From: a virus
Lineage: Duplodnaviria > Heunggongvirae > Uroviricota > Caudoviricetes
DNA: 9,589 bases
Virus record (IMG/VR): IMGVR_UViG_2563366982_000003
Strand: one strand, 5' to 3'
Below, piece by piece: positions 5,217 through 9,589 of the stretch; the stretch's first letter is position 1, and each line of letters starts with the position of its first letter. The position numbers and the translations under genes were made by a program. The notes beneath the pieces are model-generated. The model was not told the DNA's origin and ran no database searches. It worked only from the letters and a program-made list of their open reading frames with translations.

Positions 5217-5401
5217 CTTCAGCATTTGCACTGATGATGACGGTTTTTCTTATAACGGGTGAATCACAGAATGTGATTACCGGAATTTATGCCAGTAAAG
5301 AATCCTGCCTCCAGGCAAGAGACGAGCAAAAAATTTCTGGTGAATGCCTCCCGGTAAAAAAAGTATCGCTGTACCTGAATAACGAAACACCGGCTGGATA
5401 A
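5213..5401 (+). CDS. ydfD: YdfD-like small membrane protein (Qin-type prophage lysis/toxicity protein)
   Basis: 62-aa ORF with start ATG overlapping the dicB stop (ATGA at 5213-5216); hydrophobic N-terminal segment FALMMTVFLITG, consistent with a single transmembrane helix; position matches ydfD after dicB. Confidence 0.7.
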   Translation: MTSAFALMMTVFLITGESQNVITGIYASKESCLQARDEQKISGECLPVKKVSLYLNNETPAG

Positions 5402-5493
5402 CCCTCCAGCCATATTAACACCATACCAACGGATTAAAAATGCCAGCAATGGCAGGGATTTGTTCACCCTTAAATCTGTAATGAGGTTTATCA

Positions 5494-6055
5494 ATGAGCA
5501 CTGATAAAGAAGAATTTGCGCTATATTGCGAAGCAAAAAATGACAAAGTCAGAAAACGTCTGGGAATTAAAGGTGGTTTTTACTGGACTACAGCAAAAAA
5601 ATTATCTGTTGCCATCTCCCGCTGCATTACCGCAATGGATGACAACGATTATGATGAAGACGACTTTAAAAAACCCGTTCGCGTCCATTTACCCGTTGTG
5701 AATGACCTTCCACCTGAAGGCGTGTTTGATACCGAATTCTGCAACCGATACGAAAAAGGCGGGGAAGATGGCATTACAATGGTATTTATCGCGCCCTCTC
5801 CCTCCGTGCAGGAGAAACCAGCCAGTACTGACAATACCAACGTCAACGGCGAAGACATGACGGAGATTGAGGAGAATATGCTCCTGCCGGTTTCTGGTCA
5901 GGAGCTGCCCATTCGCTGGCTTGCGCAACACAGCAGCGAAAAACCAGTAACGCACGTTGCACGGGAAGAACTTCAGGCATTACATATAGCACGGGCGGAA
6001 GAACTGCCGGCTGTTACTGCCCTGGCCATTTCTCACAAAACAAAGCTGCTCGACC
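5494..6055 (+). pseudogene. RecE-like (exodeoxyribonuclease VIII family) prophage exonuclease gene, N-terminal fragment, interrupted by an IS21-family insertion
   Basis: ORF from ATG 5494 (SD GAGG 5482-5485); the track ORF 5494..6105 reads 50 nt into the IS terminal repeat before a stop. Deleting 6056-8193 (IS plus one repeat copy) rejoins this frame exactly to the frame open from 8193 to the window end (...HKTKLLD|[24 protein letters not shown]...). Assignment to the RecE family is from recalled similarity of the N-terminal region and the synteny after dicB/ydfD. Confidence 0.6.
6049..6055. repeat. Left copy of the 7-bp direct repeat (CTCGACC) flanking the IS21-family element: putative target-site duplication
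   Basis: CTCGACC at 6049-6055 immediately before the IS terminus TGTCA; identical heptamer at 8187-8193 immediately after the other terminus. Confidence 0.55.
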
Positions 6056-6115
6056 TGTCAACGCCACGATGTTTGACCGTTATTTGCCATTTTCATGCCC
6101 GCTAAGATACTTTCG

Positions 6116-8085
<1,970 letters not shown>

Positions 8086-8186
8086 GTTGATGTCCTTTCT
8101 GGTGTGAGAACCTTAAGGAAACAACATGTTGGGTGGAGCGGACAATCCAAATGGTGAATTACCGTCTTATATCACTGGCGCTGACA

Positions 8187-8193
8187 CTCGACC
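8187..8193. repeat. Right copy of the 7-bp direct repeat (CTCGACC) flanking the IS21-family element
   Basis: See left copy; only removal of the IS plus exactly 7 bp restores the exonuclease reading frame. Confidence 0.55.
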
Positions 8194-9589
8194 CGCTGGA
8201 GATTCGCGACCTTCACAAACTGGTACGCGACACTGACAAAGTTTTCCCTAATCCCGGTAATTCAGACCTGGGACTGATAACTGCTTTTTTCGAGGCATAC
8301 CTGGACGCTGATTACACTGATCGGGGTCTGCTGACAAAAGAGTGGATGAAAGGAAATCGTGTTTCGCGTATCACCCGTACGGCTTCCGGTGCAAATGCCG
8401 GTGGCGGGAACAAAACCGATCGCAATCCGAATTTAGTACACACCTTCGATGCGCTGGATGTGGAGATTGCAGCAGCCACACTTCCGATGGATTTTAATAT
8501 TTATGAAATTCCGGGCAGCGTTTATCGTCGCGCAAAAGAAATCGTCCTGAAAAAAGAAAGTCCGTTCAGGGAATGGTCCGCAGCACTTCGCGCAACCCCT
8601 GGTATCCTGGACTATTCCCGCGCAGCTATTTTTGCACTTATCCGAAGCGCCCACCCTGAGTTTTATCACTACCCGGGGCGCCTTCAGGGGTATATCAATG
8701 CCAACCTGACAGAAACTGATCACGAGAATCCCACAGCTGAAACGCTCATGGCTGCCCGGCATACACCGGAAAAAGATATCCTGGAAGAAATTAACGGCGG
8801 ACTGGCTGCTGAGTGCAAAACAGAAGAAGAAAAAAATGATGAAGATAACCCGCAACCATCTGGCGCAATGGCAGATGAACAGGCAACGGCTGAAACAATG
8901 GCAGCGGATACAGTTGAACATCATCAGGACCCGCAGCCGCTGGATGACAAGTCACAGGTAAAAGTTACCGCTGACGAAGTAAACAAAATTATGCAGGCAG
9001 CCAATATCAGCCAGCCTGACGCCGATAAGTTGCTTGCTGCCTCTCGCGGAGAATTTGTTGCAGGGATTAGCGACCCGAATGATCCGAAATGGGTAAAGGG
9101 GATTGAAACCCGCGATTCTGTAAACCAGAACCAGCAAGAATCGGAACAGAACGACCAGAAAGCGGAACAAAACAGCCCAAATGCGTTACAAAACGAGCCA
9201 GAAACGAAACAACCTGAACCAGTAGTGCAACAGGAACCGGAAAAGATCTGCACCGCCTGCGGTCAGACCGGCGGCGGCAACTGCCCTGATTGTGGCGCGG
9301 TGATGGGCGACGCAACATACCAGGAAACATTCGATGAAGAGAATCAGGTTGAAGTTCAGGAAAATGATCCGAAGGAAATGGAAGGCGCTGAACATCCACA
9401 CAAGGAGAATGCTGGCAGCGCTCAGGATCACGCCAGCGATAGTGAAACTGGCGAGACGGCAGATCCCTTAATTACGGTGAACGGTCATCATGTTATCACA
9501 TCCACCAGCAGGACGTGTGACCATCTAATGATCGACCTTGAAACCATGGGAAAAAATCCTGATGCCCCGATCATCTCAATAGGTGCAAT
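8187..9589 (+). pseudogene. RecE-like prophage exonuclease gene, C-terminal continuation after the IS21 insertion (open to the window end): Q/E-rich low-complexity linker, CxxC-x10-CxxC zinc-ribbon motif, start of a DEDD (DnaQ-like) 3'-5' exonuclease motif
   Basis: One frame is stop-free from 8091 to 9589 and is absent from the ORF track because it has no stop in the window. Translation ...[51 protein letters not shown]...; acidic/Gln-rich segment about 9100-9240; [16 protein letters not shown] at 9249-9296; [10 protein letters not shown] (Exo I-like D-x-E) at 9522-9551. All minus-strand ORFs listed for 8433-9431 are antisense to this frame. Confidence 0.6.

Noticed and set aside
4753-5231. 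Minus-strand ORFs 4753..4941, 4820..5119 and 5040..5231
   Set aside because: Antisense to DicF and dicB, which are confidently identified on the plus strand.
8433-9431. Minus-strand ORFs 8433..8924, 8924..9253, 8952..9170, 9067..9399, 9186..9431
   Set aside because: All are antisense to a single stop-free plus-strand frame (8091 to window end) that rejoins the exonuclease N-fragment; their Cys/Phe/Ser-rich translations are mirror artefacts of the acidic/Gln-rich coding strand.

Overview
This window reads as part of a cryptic lambdoid (Rac/Qin/CP-933P-like) prophage of an Escherichia-type genome, inactivated by two insertion sequences. All calls come from reading the sequence and from recalled family knowledge; no database search was run. 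Left to right: (1) the left end of an IS3-family (IS911-like) element (1-203) that replaces the 3' end of a dnaC-like helicase-loader gene; (2) a minus-strand replication/switch block: dnaC-like, an O-like initiator carrying six tandem 15-bp iterons, ydaT-like and ydaS-like (Cro-type HTH); (3) a divergent promoter/operator region (2515-2611) full of GTTTAGT/GTTTAAT heptamer palindromes; (4) a plus-strand three-gene toxin-antitoxin operon that matches the described paaR2-paaA2-parE2 module (HTH regulator, 63-aa antitoxin, ParE toxin); (5) a second copy of the operator palindrome on a promoter at 3560-3587, upstream of a dicB-type operon (ydfA-like, ydfB/C-like, DicF sRNA, dicB, ydfD); (6) a recE-like exonuclease gene split by a complete 2131-bp IS21-family element (istA/istB, imperfect terminal inverted repeats, 7-bp flanking direct repeat CTCGACC); the gene rejoins in frame if the element is removed and runs off the window end. 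Most of this is a known system rather than a new one. The items I think most deserve a second look are the shared operator that ties the switch to the division-inhibitor operon, a strongly SD-led 64-aa antisense ORF in the otherwise non-coding gap upstream of DicF, and a candidate leaderless regulator mRNA.
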